Shown here one piece after another: positions 27,306 to 42,660 of a stretch of DNA of 64,000 nucleotides. A program made the position numbers and the translations under genes. Numbering within the stretch: position 1 is the stretch's first letter; every line of letters begins with the position of its first letter. This DNA is from the human T2T-CHM13v2.0 reference genome, Homo sapiens, in the NCBI RefSeq assembly GCF_009914755.1, contig NC_060932.1. One strand, written 5' to 3'. A model generated the notes under the pieces. The model was not told where the DNA came from and did no database searches. It saw only the letters and a program-made list of their open reading frames with translations.

Positions 27306-30300
27306 AGATGGCTGTGGAATAGAGAGTAGGTTTCAGGAGGGAGAGAACAGAAGCAGAAAGTCCAGTGAAGTGTGCACTAGCACCAGGAGCCATGTGGACA
27401 CAGAGGAGGGAATGCATGGGAGAGATGTCCTGGGTTCCTCTGTTTCCCCAGTCATTCTTACTTGATCATTGCTCATCTCAGGAAAGCTTCAAAAGGAAAA
27501 GGAACACTAAAAGTTGCCAGGATTCTCCTTCTCTGAAGTCCCAAGTAGTGTTCTTGAAGATATTAACAGATATTTAATGATAAAGATGTGGTGGTCAAAT
27601 CCATTTGGAAAAGTCTGAATAGCACCCTCTTGGAGAGTCACAGTGCACAATTGTGGCTTTGACAATCCTGCAGCAAAGGTAGTAATTTAATTTAGTTTAA
27701 CATAGCACCCATTCTCCTATTTCCAATGTCCACAGCATCAAAAAAAAAATGAGGTTCAGAGGAATTCCATAGATCCTCTCTTAGTAAGTTTAGGAAGTTT
27801 AATGATTCCCATTTGTAATAAAATCTGTTATGGGTCAGTGTATTGGTGTTCCTGAGGTTATAAACATACCCTTCTCTTTACCCTAGACATTCAAAACCAA
27901 TTGAGAAAGAAACCCAGACATCAAATAGGGATCAAAATACTACCTCAATTGCTGGTGAAGCTCAATTGGAGGAAGCTGTTTGGACTAGAGTCCAGATTGA
28001 TTTTCAAATACTTCCCTCTGAATCATATGGACTTGCCCACTCAGCTGCAGGGAGGAGAAGCTCTGCTCAGTGGTTACTTCCACTTGCACATCAGAGCAGA
28101 AAGAAGAATACAAATGTTCTGTGGGCAGGTAGACCCAAAGGAAGAAAGACCACATGGGAATAAGAGCTTTGGACCTTAGCCCTTCCCAAGTGAGGAATGT
28201 AAACATGATGCCGTACTCTAATAATTCCACCAAAAGATAATCAAGCAATATATGGGAGGAAGAAGGTTTGGGGAGTAAAGGAAAAGCAGAAAGCCTAAAA
28301 AAGATAGGAGTTTGAAGATTCATTTATGCTGGGACAAAGGGAGAAAGAGCTGCTTGTTCCAAGTGCTGAGAAGTGGTCTGTAGTCTATGTTTGGCTTAAA
28401 GGTTGATTTCTTGATGTTTAGGAGAGTGGAGAGCAGGGCTTTAATTAGCCTGGATATTAAGAAGATGGAATAGGAAAGACGAACCATTTTCTTCGGCGCC
28501 CAGGCAAGAGGAAGTCTTAGGCTGCGGTGGGGGCGTCTAGTAGTCCTATCTGTACTGCATTGTTGACTTGACTTGCCAATATTTGTTTCTCTATTTTCCT
28601 TGCACTCTAAATAGCGCGGTCATGTGTGATGTGCTGATGCTTAGCTGTAGAGGGTGAGGAGCAGGAGAAGATGGAGGCCAGTGACCTCAGGCTGAAAAAG
28701 ATCCCCCAACCCTTGGAGGATTGTTTCTATTGTGGGCACCGTTGGCATGCCCCAGGGTGGGCAGGAAGCATGCAAGAATAATGCCTCCATTTTCCTGGGG
28801 CAGTCCTACAGCCTTGCCCTCTTGCCATTTTGCCCTTGAACACTTAGCACATTTCTCTGAAGGGCTATGAGAGGCTGGCTTAATAGGGATGGGCTTTACA
28901 CAGTGTGGCTCTGAATTATTCCTGAGTCATTCTTGGTTCAGAGAAGCCAAAGGAAGAGGAATTAATTAGCATCCTTGGAGGTGTATTTCCTAGACTCAGC
29001 TGACTCTTGCAGGTGAAATATTAAGATTCTCAATCACTGTTTGTTGAGTTGTGATATTTGAATCTCATTATAATGCTTGAGGGGACTATAATGTACAAAA
29101 TTAGGGGCTAACACAGAAACATCCACCTACTATCACAATGAGATAAAGGTTTCCAAAACACAGTATGCAAGAATGAACTGCCTCCCGTGAGACTGGGAGC
29201 CAGGGCCCATCCATTCAGGCCATTAGCCTTGCTTGAGACATTTTTGATCCAGAAGAGGATTGTTCTTTTTCTCCTGAACCTGAGCATTCTGTTCCTCCAA
29301 GGCTGAGCTAATCCTGTGCATAAATAGAGAAGGTAGCCAATTTTGTGGGCTAATTGTAGGGGTTGAGGTTGAGTGGAAAGGAAGTAGACGTGGATTATAA
29401 AGTGCAGCCTATGCAAATGTATCTACTAAAGGCTCTGAATTTAATACATTTAATAATTCCTTTTGGTTAAGAAATTATTTTAAATTTCCTTTAGATTTCT
29501 CTTTGAGAGGATAGCTCATTGGTACTGTCTACTTAACCACAAGGGTTTGTAAACCTGTGGCACATTAGAATCACCAGGGGAGCTCAAAAACCACCGAGCC
29601 TTTGTCCCATCACTGACCAATGAAATCACACCCTAGGGGATGGGATCTGGTCAAGTGTGGGGCACAGTTTTAGAAAGCTACCCCCATATGGATTAGATGT
29701 GTAGCCAAAGTTGGGGCATCATTGCCTTAATGAAATAGAACATTGAATAGGTAAGTTTTGATAAGAAAATCATGGAGAGAGAGAACTTACAGAGGCATGG
29801 CAAGGCAGAGTAGTCACATGGGTCTATATTTTAACAATTTCTATTGAATTCTGCAACACAACTGCTTCTATGTGTAGTGGTTTGCCGTTAATGAATATAT
29901 CCCAGTCTTAGAAAGATGAGGACCCAGATAGGACATCCTCAAGAAGATATTTCCCGTCAGGCTACTGGGAATTTACCCAAAGGCTTTTAAGATAACCTTT
30001 GAATGGTGGAAAAATTTTGTGATTTTGTTTTGTTTTTAAGCTAGACCTCATTACATACAAATTTATTCTTTGGATGGAAAGAATTCATCAAATATATAAA
30101 TATAATTTTTAAAGTTTGTAATGATTTCACATAAATAAATTCTCAGCTAAAGTCCGCCCCCTGCCCTCCCCAGCCCCGTACTGGGTGTTATGGCTTTGGG
30201 TTTGGAAGGTGAGGTGCACAGGTAACCTGTATCCTGAGTCCTCTTAGGTAGAGAAGAGAGCAGCATGGGCCAGTACTGGGCATGCTGTTGACACAAGTAA

Positions 30301-33300
30301 CTTAGTGTTTGGCCATTTGGCCTGAGCTGCCTCCATTCTGCAGTGAAGGTGGAGAAGGTGATTCCAGAAGGGGAATCTGGTGACACAAGTGGGAGAACAC
30401 GTGGCAACTCTGGCTGTGAGCAATTTTCTAATCCTGGCTTTGCCGAGCGGTGGACATGACATTACATTAGCTACGTGTACAGCTTTTAATAGTTCAGCAT
30501 GAGGGATCAATAAGGTCATCTATGTAACATCCCAGTGAGAAAAAGCAGAACTAACCTTATGGCCACTTCCTGAACAAGAGGAACAGAAGAGGAGCCTGGA
30601 GCTCAGAGAAGTCCCAGGGCCAGCTCCAGTGACACAGTTAGAAAGTGGCCTACATGAGACCCACACTCAAGCAGTCCAGCCCCTCTTTCTTGTGCCAGGC
30701 TGGCTGCCTCCCTGCAGTGCGGGCCTTGTGGTTAAACACTGAGTGATGCCACCTGAACAGATGTGCTGAGCAAATCTAACATGTGCCTCATTTAATGCTC
30801 TTATTGTTTGGATACAGATATCGGAGTCGCAGTAGCTTTCACCCTGAGGAGACCAGGTTGGTATGAGGGTTCCTGTGTACCTCTTGCCTTATCTTGGGGA
30901 TGACCCTGGGAGGATATTATGATCCTAAACCAGAAAGCCCTATACTTTTTGTGAAGTGGGAGGGTTCTCATGCTGGAATTCTCTGCAGAGTAGAGGTGGT
31001 TGGGGATGTGGTGGCAGCTGCCTTAGTGGCTTACCAGGTAAGTCTTCCTGATTTGATGGTTGATCCCAATACATTGTCTGGAAACCCCTGAAATCCCCTT
31101 ATTTGTCAGCAAGCATAACATCATCTTCCTCGTGGTATGCTGTGGGGATCCTAGGAGATAATGTGTATAAAATGATGCTCCTGGCACATAGTGAGTGCTT
31201 TATACAGGTGTAAAAAAATTGTAAACTCACATTTCCTTGTTATGAATATTGTGACACTTTGTAGCACGCTTTACACTTGACAAACATTGTTTTCTATTTT
31301 AATATCACCCTGTGAATTGGGTAAGAAATGTCCTTGTGTCACATGGGAAGAAATATGCATCTGAGTTAAGTATCCAACCCCAAATTCTAGAGCTAACAAT
31401 GAATTCAGGCAGGTGCCCAAGCTGAACCCTGTGTCACGGGTTCATTTTCTACCTCCCAATCTGCCAGTGGCACCATCATTCTGGGCTGGTGAGCCATGCC
31501 TCCTCTTACTGCTCCATGTCACAAGGCTGTGGAGAAGAAATCAATTTTCATCAAGAAACCTTTTCATGCTGGGAGTCATGCTGGGTGTGCCCTTGATGAC
31601 TGACTCACAGTTTCAGGCAAACAACCTTGTGTGTTTGTGATACTAACATCAGCCCACCCAAGAGGGCCGCGCTGGTTGTAAATCCTTCGGGCATTCCTGG
31701 AAGTTTATTTGGCTTACTCTTCAGCAGGCCTGAGCTGCGCCTAGACCACTGCTTCTCAACACTGGGTCTGCCGTAGAGTAATTAAAGATCTCTGAAGGTG
31801 GTTCGAGATATCAGTATTTTTATAAACTTCCTTAGGCGACTCCAATGGGCAGCAGGGTCCAGAGCTCTTGGCTTCAGAAGGGCAGGGGTGCCTGTCTCTA
31901 CAAGGTGGGGCATCTCGTCCTCTTCCCCAGCCCATGACAGCGTCTTCAGCCATGCCCCAATGCATCAGGCGCTGGCTTCCCTACAGGAGAACTCAGAACG
32001 CTGAGGCTACCCATGACGAGGATGTCAGCTCCCGAAAGGAACCTTATGTCTCCCTCGGCAGATACTGTCTTTTATTATTAGCAACTCCCTATTTATGGAT
32101 GGAAGTCATTTAGTTGCTTCAAGCAGCCTCCAGAGCCCAATGGCCACGTTCCCAGGAACATCAGATTCTGCCTCTTTGAACTGCTCATGGCAGGGGGCAC
32201 CTGGGGACCATAAATGCTGATTCGGGGTTGGGAAGGTACTAGCTTTAGGTCCCTGGCTTGGGAACGACCCTTTGAAAACAGAATAGTGAAAACTATTATT
32301 GGAAGTCCTCCTTGTGTATGTTCTCCAGAGATTCCTGGGAGATTTAGGATGATGTTCTCATCAGAGGATGATGGCAAATCAAAGGGGGAAAATGCTACCT
32401 CCAAGAAGGGCACTTATTTAGCACTTTCTATATCCCAGATGCTGTCTTAGATGATTTGCTACATTACCTCATTTTATTCTAACAATCCTGTAGAGTAGTT
32501 CTTTCCATTATACACAGGAGGAAACTGAGGATCAGGGAGGTACTGGACTTGCCCAAGCAGTTAGGGGTCCTGTTCACATCTGGGTGCTTTCAGAGTCCAT
32601 TCTTTCCATCCTAATGTATCTCAGGGTCTCAAAGGATCCTTGAATTCCCCTGGGCCAGTCCCCCCTTCTGATGCCTTGTCTTCTCTACAACATCCTTTAA
32701 CAGTGGTTCTCAGGCCTCTGCTTGCATGCCTCCAGGAACTGGAACCTCATTTCCTTGCAAAGTAGTTCACTCCACTGTTCAAACAGCACTGATGTGGGAG
32801 CTCCTTAATTCCTTATCTGAATTAAAAAAAGCAGGACATACATTGAATAAGTGAGCAAATAAGTGAATAGAATAAGTGAATGAGTTGAGTGAACATCTAT
32901 CTCCTAGAGCCTTCCACTCACTGGTCTTAATCCTACCCTTAGGACAATAAGAATAATTAAGGTTTATTGAGGAAATAGTATGTTCCAGGTACGGTGCTAA
33001 ATACTTTCCATTTATTATCTCATTTCACACATGAGGACCCTGAAGTTTAGAGAGACTAAGTGACCTGTTCAAAGTTGCAGAGATAGTACTGGGATTAGAA
33101 TTGAGGCAGTCCAACTGTGGAGGCTGATCTTAACCACTGCACTCCACACATCCTAAGTCCTAAACATATAAGCAAAATGGGAGACTGTGATTGTTCCGCT
33201 GCTTTTCACGTTCAAGGCCCACAGATATTCACTGAATGGGATTTGAGCCTTTGCTGCCGTCTCCTCCCTTCGCCTCCAAATGTTCACTTCCTTGTTCCTT

Positions 33301-33414
33301 CCCCTCCTCTCTCCAGGGCTGGCCAGGCTGCCTGCATCAAGGCCAGGACTTTCCTCCAGCCCAGTTTCATCCATCTGTGCCCCAGAGCCCTGTTCTCAGC
33401 AGTCCCCCAGCTCA

Positions 33415-33999
<585 letters not shown>

Positions 34000-34334
34000 T
34001 CATCTGTAAGGTGGGCAGGAGAGGGTTGCTGTGGTGATAAATGATGTGACTGCTTTTTTATGCCTAGCAGAGTGCCTGGTGATCCAGGAGAAATAGAAAT
34101 TTCAGCTAGTGTTGTTAGTATTCAGTTTGCCTCGCCTACGTGCAATTCCAGGTGGACCTCACGATTCCAATTCGGGTGGGATTTTTGTGGTTTCTGCAAA
34201 AGCAGAGCTCCCTGGAGAGCTTGTTGGGTGCTGCTGATACTTGTCTTTTGCCCTCATCCTGGGTGGATGAGGAGGCTGGTGGGCTTCATGAAGCTCGGTG
34301 TGTTTTTGTGTTTACCTTCTCCTAACACGTCTAA

Positions 34335-34496
<162 letters not shown>

Positions 34497-37400
34497 TGAG
34501 AGTCTCGCAGAGTGACCCCTCCGTGGCTGAAAATGCAGTTCTCTCTCAATGGGAGCGAGGGGGAGTGTGAATGTGCTGCCCCCGACCCTTTAGGTCCTTC
34601 TAGTCACAGGTGTGGGCCCAAGACAACCCCCAAGGCCCTTGGTCATCTGGGCCAAACAGGTGAGTGGGCATGTAAGGGGTCCCTGTGAGAAAACAGCAGC
34701 AGGGTTCAAACTCTGTTTCTGTTCTTATTTGTCCTGTGACGTAGGATGAGTGGCTCTGAGTCTCAGCTTCTCCTTTATCTAATGTAATGATGTGGGTTGC
34801 TGGGCTGATCTCACACAGCTGTGGGGAAGATCAAGCAAGATTTTGAAAATAAGAGGATCACAGTTACTGTGGGGGAGGCTTCACACACAACATCTCATTG
34901 AATCCCTCCATCATCTTCGCAGTAGGTATTGTCACCCTAGTTTTACAAGTGAGTTTACAGAGATAAAGAGAGAGTAAATAAAGTGTGGAAGAGATGCTGC
35001 AGAATTTGCAAGGCCCAGTGAAAAATAAAAATGCACAGCAGTTGTTAAGTTATTAAAAGTGTCAAGAGGGTGACCGCAGAGCTTAAGCCAAGTGCAATGA
35101 GGCTCTTCTGAGCTTAGGGTCCTTTATGGCTGCACAGACCACATATCCATGAAGCCGGCTGGCCCTGAGCATGGGAGGTACACAGCCAGGAAGCAACAGC
35201 GTTGGGATGTAAATCCAGGCTGTCTCACTTTCTGCTCTTAGAATGGGATACCTCCTTCTCCAAAAGGGCAAAGTCTTGAGTTACAGGGTGAACTGCATCA
35301 GTAGAGGCCAGGCCCAGCACTGGGTAGATCCTCAGTGTTTATTGAATTAAATTGGATCAGTGGTTTCCAAGTGGACAGATGGGGTGGTCCTCTGGAGACT
35401 TCTGCTGCATAGCCTTGATTAAAAAGCAGCTCAAGGCTAGTTTTCTGGACCATTCCTAAACCAAAATGGTACCGTGGGTCTCGTTAATCTTCACTCCTCT
35501 TGTCTCCTGGGAGGCCTGCTTCACTGCCATCTACTGCAGATGTCCTGTAGCCATATGTTGTACCTAACTTCACTCCTTGCCCTTAGGTAGAACCTATCCT
35601 TATGGTAGAAAAGTATGGAAACTCATTAACACCCAGGTATTGATAATGATTAAGAGCCTTGGATAGAAAATGAGGGACATTGCATTTTCAGTGGGGACAA
35701 GGCTTAAAGCTTAAAAGTCCTTGTTGATTCAATGAAACTTCCAGGGAGTGGGTGGAAAGGCTTTGGGGTTATTCCTGGTGTCTTTGAAACTGTAACACTG
35801 TGGTAGGCCCTGTGACACAAAGTTGAATAAGGCATAGTCCTTTCCCTCTAGGACCTTGTGAACACTAGTATGTATGACATATTTAATAAGTCTCTGCTGC
35901 TTTTTCTTAACATACATCATTCATGACTCTGAAAAGTAGATTCTTTTGCCCCCATTTTATAACAGAGGTTCAGAGAAGGTGAGTGGTTTGCCCCAGGTCA
36001 CACAGCTAATAAATGGAGAAGCTGGCTCCCGATCCCAGGTGAGTCTTACATCAGAGCCTGGGTTTCCTACCCCATGGGCAGCCTCCAGTTAACAGCCCTC
36101 CCTGAGAAGCTGGCGGATACCTAGGGCAGTCGACCACAGGCATTTCAGAGGAGTTTGCTCCTGTGGCTCATTTTAAAGTCTGCAACCCACAAAGCAAACA
36201 GGGCAGGGAGGAATCAGGGCCCTCCTAGAAAGTAAACAGCATCCATCCTGCTGTCCACAGGCCAGCCCTGTGGGAGACTGAAAAAACAAAGCCCACAGAA
36301 CAGAGACTTTGGTCTTGCCTTCTTGGCCTGGCCTGGAAAGTTAGGGCTGTTTGGGGTGAAATGTTTGGAAACTTTCTAAGTCTCTTGCTTTTTCATCTGT
36401 GTATTTTGAGGCATTGTAGTTACATCTTAAATTCTTAAAATTCTCTTTACCCTACCCTAACCTAGCGATTAGTTACACAACAAATAGTTATTGGGTACCT
36501 CCCACAATCATCCCTTTGTCCATTTATTCAAAATATATTAGTAGAATGTCTTAAGTGTCAGCCCTGGGCTAAATTCTGGGAATCTAATGGCAAAGACTGG
36601 ATGGTCCGAGGGGAGGACAGCTCTGTTCAGGACTCTTCTGTTTGCCCCTCCGGATCTATTCTCCACCCTTAGCCAGCTGCTCTCTGTCTTCTATGGGGGC
36701 ATGGCCGAGGTCTCTTACCCTCTGCCTTTGGGCTGGCTCTGGCCAATGGGGTGCTCCAGCAGGAGGCGTGGGAGGGAGGAGCATGGGTCAGGCTCCAGGT
36801 GACCCTGTCCCTCACCTACAGGAGGGAGGCTGACCCCACCAGACTTCCTTTCCTTCGGGGTTCCAGTAACTGCTCTCTCTCTCTGCTAATTTTGGGGGGT
36901 GCCTAGGAGTGGCAACAGCTTGGCTGTTGCGAGCCCCAGATGATGGCAAGATCTTTTGTGGTATTCCTACATAAACATCTTTGTAAAACGTCCTCAAATC
37001 ACCTTACTCTGATTGTACCATCTGTTACCTATTGGGACTATGACTGAGGTAACTAATGGCATTGCAAGTTGAGTAAAGTGCTATTAAAAAAAAACCCAAA
37101 ACAGACAGTGGGCTGAAATGGAGACTGCTGGGGAGTCTCTTAGTGCAGTCAGAGAAGAATTCTCTGGGGAGGTAACATTTAAGCTACAACCTCAAGGATG
37201 AGAGGGAGCCCACTGGGCGATGGGCAGGGAGGAGAGCAGTGCAGGGGGAGGGATGCCTGTGAAAAATTCCAAGCAGCAGAGAGCTTGTGAGATTCGACGG
37301 AACTGAAAGGGGGCCTTGTGGATAGAGCGCATAAAGTGGGTGAGAGGGCCACGCAGGCAGTAAGCGTGGGCAGAACCAGATGGAGCAGGTCCCTAATTGC

Positions 37401-38849
37401 AGATTGTGTATGGACTTCAGATTTATTCTAAGTGCAATGGAAAGCCATTGAGGCGTTTTAAGAAAAGTGACACGGTCTGGTTTTTATAAGGTCACCCTGG
37501 ATGCCCATGGTGAGTAGACTGAAGAGAACAAAGCAGTAACTCAATAAATTAGTGAATGAGTGCTGTAGAAGAAGCTTTAGCTGACTGCCTTTCTACCTCG
37601 ATGTCTCACCCTACAGAATGTACAGAATGAACGCCCCTAGAGGGAGGCATATGTGATTTGCTAATTCCTGCATCCTCAGCATCTACTCTAGCACCTTTTC
37701 TTGCATATATAACGTGTCTTTGAACGTTCACTGGAAGCTTGAAACTCGACAGCAAGGCCCCAGCCTGAAGGCCCTTGCAGTCAAGGAGGGGAGCAGGTAT
37801 TTTATCTTGCTGCTTCAAGGAGCACAGCCAGGCACTGGCATTCCTTCTGGCAGCTCTGCAGTGCTGTACTTGTCTCCATTTCCTGAGTGAATGGGTAATA
37901 AAAGCAGACTTCCATTCATGAAGAGATCCTCTCTGTAGCTACTGAGCACCTACAAGGCCTGGCCTAGGTGCATGAGCTCCCTGAACATGGCTGTGTTTCT
38001 TTGGATGCAGTACTGTTGTGTGTGGTTTGCTGTTTAAAATCAGCGAACCAAAATGCACCAAAGCTGGAAGGTACCTTAGAAAGCATTAAATTGATGGGTT
38101 TAAAAGGTGAGTCCCCTGGATCCCTGGGATCCTGAACCATGGCTTCAGGAGTGTCTGAAGGTGGTGGCTATGAGAGTCTGCAGGAGGCCACTGTCCCTAT
38201 TCCACTCCATGGAACATAAAACAGTGTGATATAAACAGGCTTGTGTTATATACTGAAGTTCCATATCAAGTTACATTTATAAAAGGATTCTGTTGCTTTA
38301 ACAAATTTTAAAATCACTTTTCTTGCCCAATTCTTTTGTCTTACGGGCAAGGAAAAAAATGCCAAGAAATTCTGGGTGACTTGTTCAAGTCATCCAACTG
38401 GGAATACATAGACTTGAACATCTACCATGGACCCTGTATAAAGCTAGGGGCTTTATATAGTTTGTTTAATTTTCCTAACCTGTAGGGGGGTAAATGATGT
38501 TAACCTTGTCTTGTTTTACAAATGAGGAAAACGGAGCTGAGAGAAGTAACTTCTCTGAATCAAAGAACGAGAAAGTGGAAGGACTGGAATTTGAACCCAA
38601 ATCTTTTGGATTCAGGTCTTTGAGCTACATCATGCAGAGTCTCTCGGTTTATTAGGAAGGCTCAGCCACTCTCGTTTTTGCCGAAAGTCTGGTTGAGAAG
38701 CAGTTCTCAGGCTTTGCTGTACACTAGGATCATCTGGGGAATTTCAACAATCTCAACATCCAGCAACATTCCAGATGAATTAAATTAGAATCTAGGGTGG
38801 AGAGGAAAATGTTATAAGGGTTATGTTTATTATCTATTCATTTAAGTTT

Positions 38850-39265
38850 CCTAAATGCGTGTGTACTGTTTCATAGGGCTTCCCAGGAAACCTATCCTTC
38901 CTAGACTAGTGTGTCACAAACTACCACTAACTCAGTGACTTAGAAGAAGGCAGATGTATTCTCTCTCAGTTATGGAGGCCAAATGCTGGAAATCAGTATC
39001 ACTGGGCCAAAATCACAGGCCCCACTCCTTCCAATTCTAGCTTCCGGTTGTGGCAGCATCTGTCTAATCTCTGCCTCCATGGTCACATTGCCACCTTTTT
39101 TTTTTCTGTCGATGGAAAATCTCCCTTTAAGGATACATGTGATTGCAATTAGGGTTCACCTGGATCACCTCATCTCAAACTCTTAATGTAATCATATCAG
39201 CAAAGACCTTTTTTCTAAATAAGGTAACATTTACAGGCTTCAGAGATTAGGACTGGCTATCTTTT
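38850..39265 (-). mobile_element. MLT1 LTR
   Basis: ctctctcagttatggaggcc...ggatacatgtgattgcaattaggg...aaggtaacatttacagg. Confidence 0.7.
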
Positions 39266-39354
39266 CAGAATATCACACATTGCTACTCAAAATTGACCTG
39301 CAGACGGCAGGAATAACCTCGTCTGGCATCTAGCTGTTAGAAATGCAGAATTTA

Positions 39355-39668
39355 TCTGGGCACGGTGGCTCATGCCTGCGATCCCAGCACTTTGGGAGGC
39401 TAAGGTGGGAGATTTGCCTGAGCCCAGGAGTTAGAGACAGCCTGCGCAACATAGTGAGACCCCTTTGTCTCTCTAAAAAAAATATTAACAAGAAAAAATT
39501 CACCGGTTGTGGTGGAGTGTGCTTGCAGTCACAGCTACTCAGGAGGCTGAGGTGGGAGGATCCTCGAGCCTGGGAATTCAAAACTGTAGTGAGCTGAGAT
39601 CTTGCCACTGCGTCCCAGCTCCAGCCTGGGCGATAGAGTAAGACCCTGTCTCCAAAAAATTAAAAAGA
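39355..39668 (+). mobile_element. Alu (J-type) inside a MER5A-like relic
   Basis: AluJ-type ggaggatc...gagcc; flanks gttagaaatgcagaat / ccagacctactcaatcagaatctgcatttt. Confidence 0.88.
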
Positions 39669-40220
39669 AATGTAGAAGCTTGGGCCCCACCCAGACCTAC
39701 TCAATCAGAATCTGCATTTTAGCAGCTTCCTAGGTGATGCTTACGCACATCACATTTTGCTAATGAAGCTCAGAGAATAAATGATGCACTAAAATTCCAT
39801 TGCGGCAAGGTCATGACTTGAAACATGTCTTTTGTTAACTTAAATCATACAATTTATAAATTAAGAAGGTAGACTTTATTTTTTATGAAGGGTTACAGCC
39901 TGCCAGGTGCCCATTTTGATGGTCTGGGAAGCATAGCCTCCCACAGAGCGCAGAGACAGACACTTCCAGAAAGGGAAGAGTAAGACAGGAATTCAAACTG
40001 AAATGGTTAGCCAGATATATGTAATTACAGGTTACAGGAGGAGCTATGAATATTCAAGAAGGTGGTCTTGATGCATGTGTACTGAACACACGTGCATGTT
40101 ATATATGACCCAAATTTACCTTGGGGTGGAGACTTGATTTTTAAATGTATTAGAATTAGGCCCTATATGTAAAAAGATCTTTTTAAGAAACAAAAGCACT
40201 CAAGTGTGCAGACTCTTTAA

Positions 40221-40575
<355 letters not shown>

Positions 40576-41007
40576 TGTCTGTGGTCTTTTTATCAGGAGA
40601 AAGTCACTGAAGTCAGTCTCTTGTCTAATTAAAGCTGTAGTTATAGCTTGTAGAACAGGGGCTGGGAGTCAGTTATTCAGTGTCTGTCAGTGGTGGGCAA
40701 GCAGTAAATCGTTTATTGCTTATCTTGAGGCTGGTGCTTGTGCAGCTGCTAGAGAAAAAGAAAAACCTGTGGCAGTTAGAACACAGTTTTTTTTTTAAGT
40801 ATAGGAGTGCATGACTTAAGCTTTGCCTGTCATGACTTTAGGTCCTGTTTGTAATTTGGTATCTTATTGCCACAGGGTCCATTCTGTCAGTCTTATGATC
40901 TCTATTTTAATGCTGGTCAGTTGTTGTGTCTAAACCACAAAAAGGAAGTATAATGAGGTATGCCTGACCTCCTGTCTCATCATTGACAAAAACCTAGGGT
41001 TTTATTT

Positions 41008-41314
41008 CTGTTTTTTATTTTTTGATTTTTGAGATGGAGTTTCACTCTTTTGCCCAGGCTAGAGTGAAGTGGCGCGATCTCAGCTTAGCTGCAACATCTG
41101 TCCCGCTGGGTTCAAGCGTTGCTCCTGCCTTAGCCTCCCAAGTAGCTGGAATTACAGGTGTCTGCCACCATGCCCGGCTAATTTTTGTATTTTTAGTAGA
41201 GAGGGGGTTTCACCATGTTGGCCAGGCTGGTCTCAAACTCCTGTCCTCAGGTGATCCACTTGCCTCAGCTTCCCAAAGTGCTCGGATTACAGGTGTGAGC
41301 CACCGTGCCCAGCC
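41008..41314 (-). mobile_element. Alu (S-type)
   Basis: Antisense Alu consensus. Confidence 0.92.
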
Positions 41315-41603
41315 AGAAACTCAGTTTTTAAGATTTTTCTGGGGTCCCCTTGGGTGGGGGAGGGGGTTGCTTAGGATTTTATTTTTAGTTTACACTTTAG
41401 ATTCACAATCCGATTTTTCTTTTCACAGTCCCATCCACATAAATCTGTTCTTTTTTGGAAACAGAAGATACATAAGTTTTAGAAAAATGAAGGATGTATC
41501 TGGCATTTCTGCCAATAAGATGTTAAGTTTTATGCTGGCAGAGTCTGTCTTCTAGTCTCTTTGTACCACTTATGGTGCCTGCCACAGGGCTGGCATAAGG
41601 TAG

Positions 41604-41876
<273 letters not shown>

Positions 41877-42209
41877 TAAGACATAGTCACTGTCTACAGG
41901 CAGGCAAGGTCTAAGGCAGGAAGACTGTGTCAGCTCAGTTTTCTCTATGGCAGTGCTGGCCTCTTGATACCGTTCAGCCTTCATCAGGCCAGGATCATGG
42001 TTCTACAAGCTTCTGGTCTTAAATCTCCTGAGTGAAGGTGCTCATGTCGCTCACAGTTCAGGAATGACAGCAGGAGCTGTCTCTTACCTGCTCTTTGATT
42101 CATCAAGGTGCTCATTATCTTAGCTTCTTGTCTGTCTCAAATCAGAAGGTGGTTCTTATGCTACCCAACAAAAAGTCAAAACAAGCTGGCCTTCTGCATG
42201 CATTTTGCT

Positions 42210-42660
42210 AGATCAGTTAGCAATGATGTGTAACAAATAGCCCCCAGATCTGTGGCTTAATATAATAAGCATTTATTATTGCTAATGAATTAGTTGGATA
42301 GTTTTGCTGATCCCAGATAGTTGCAGATGCATCATTCATGTTTCTGTAGTCATTTGGCAGCTCTGCTGGTTAGTTTAGGAGTTGGCTGGTGGTAGCCTGG
42401 CCTAGTACTGCTTCAGCTGAGACCGGCTGTTCTCTGCATGATACCAGATCCTCCGTCAGGCTAGTCTGAGCTTGTGCCAATGGTAGCAATGGCAGGGTTC
42501 TAAGAGAGTGGAAGTACAGAAGTTCTCTTGAGGTGTAGGCTTTGAACTGGCAAAAGTCATTTCTGCTGCCTTCTGTTGGAGAGACTAAAAGTTACGGGGC
42601 AACAAGTTTGGATACAGAGTAAGCCAATGACTGGGGCTAACAATGCTTTCAGTCTACCAT
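42210..42660 (-). mobile_element. Old MLT1 LTR
   Basis: gtaacaaatagccccc...gtggcttaa...gcatttattattgct...tttgaactggca...gtctaccat. Confidence 0.6.

Noticed and set aside
28490-29010. Small CpG cluster with ETS and AP-1 (TGAGTCA at 28923) motifs
   Set aside because: Short motifs are expected by chance; not a CpG island, and an enhancer cannot be supported from sequence alone.
30989-31037. 49-nt block with acceptor and strong donor CAG|gtaagt, whose length fits a phase 1->2 bridge to the ATG exon
   Set aside because: The required frame has two TAG stops and no ferlin similarity; at most a non-coding cryptic exon.
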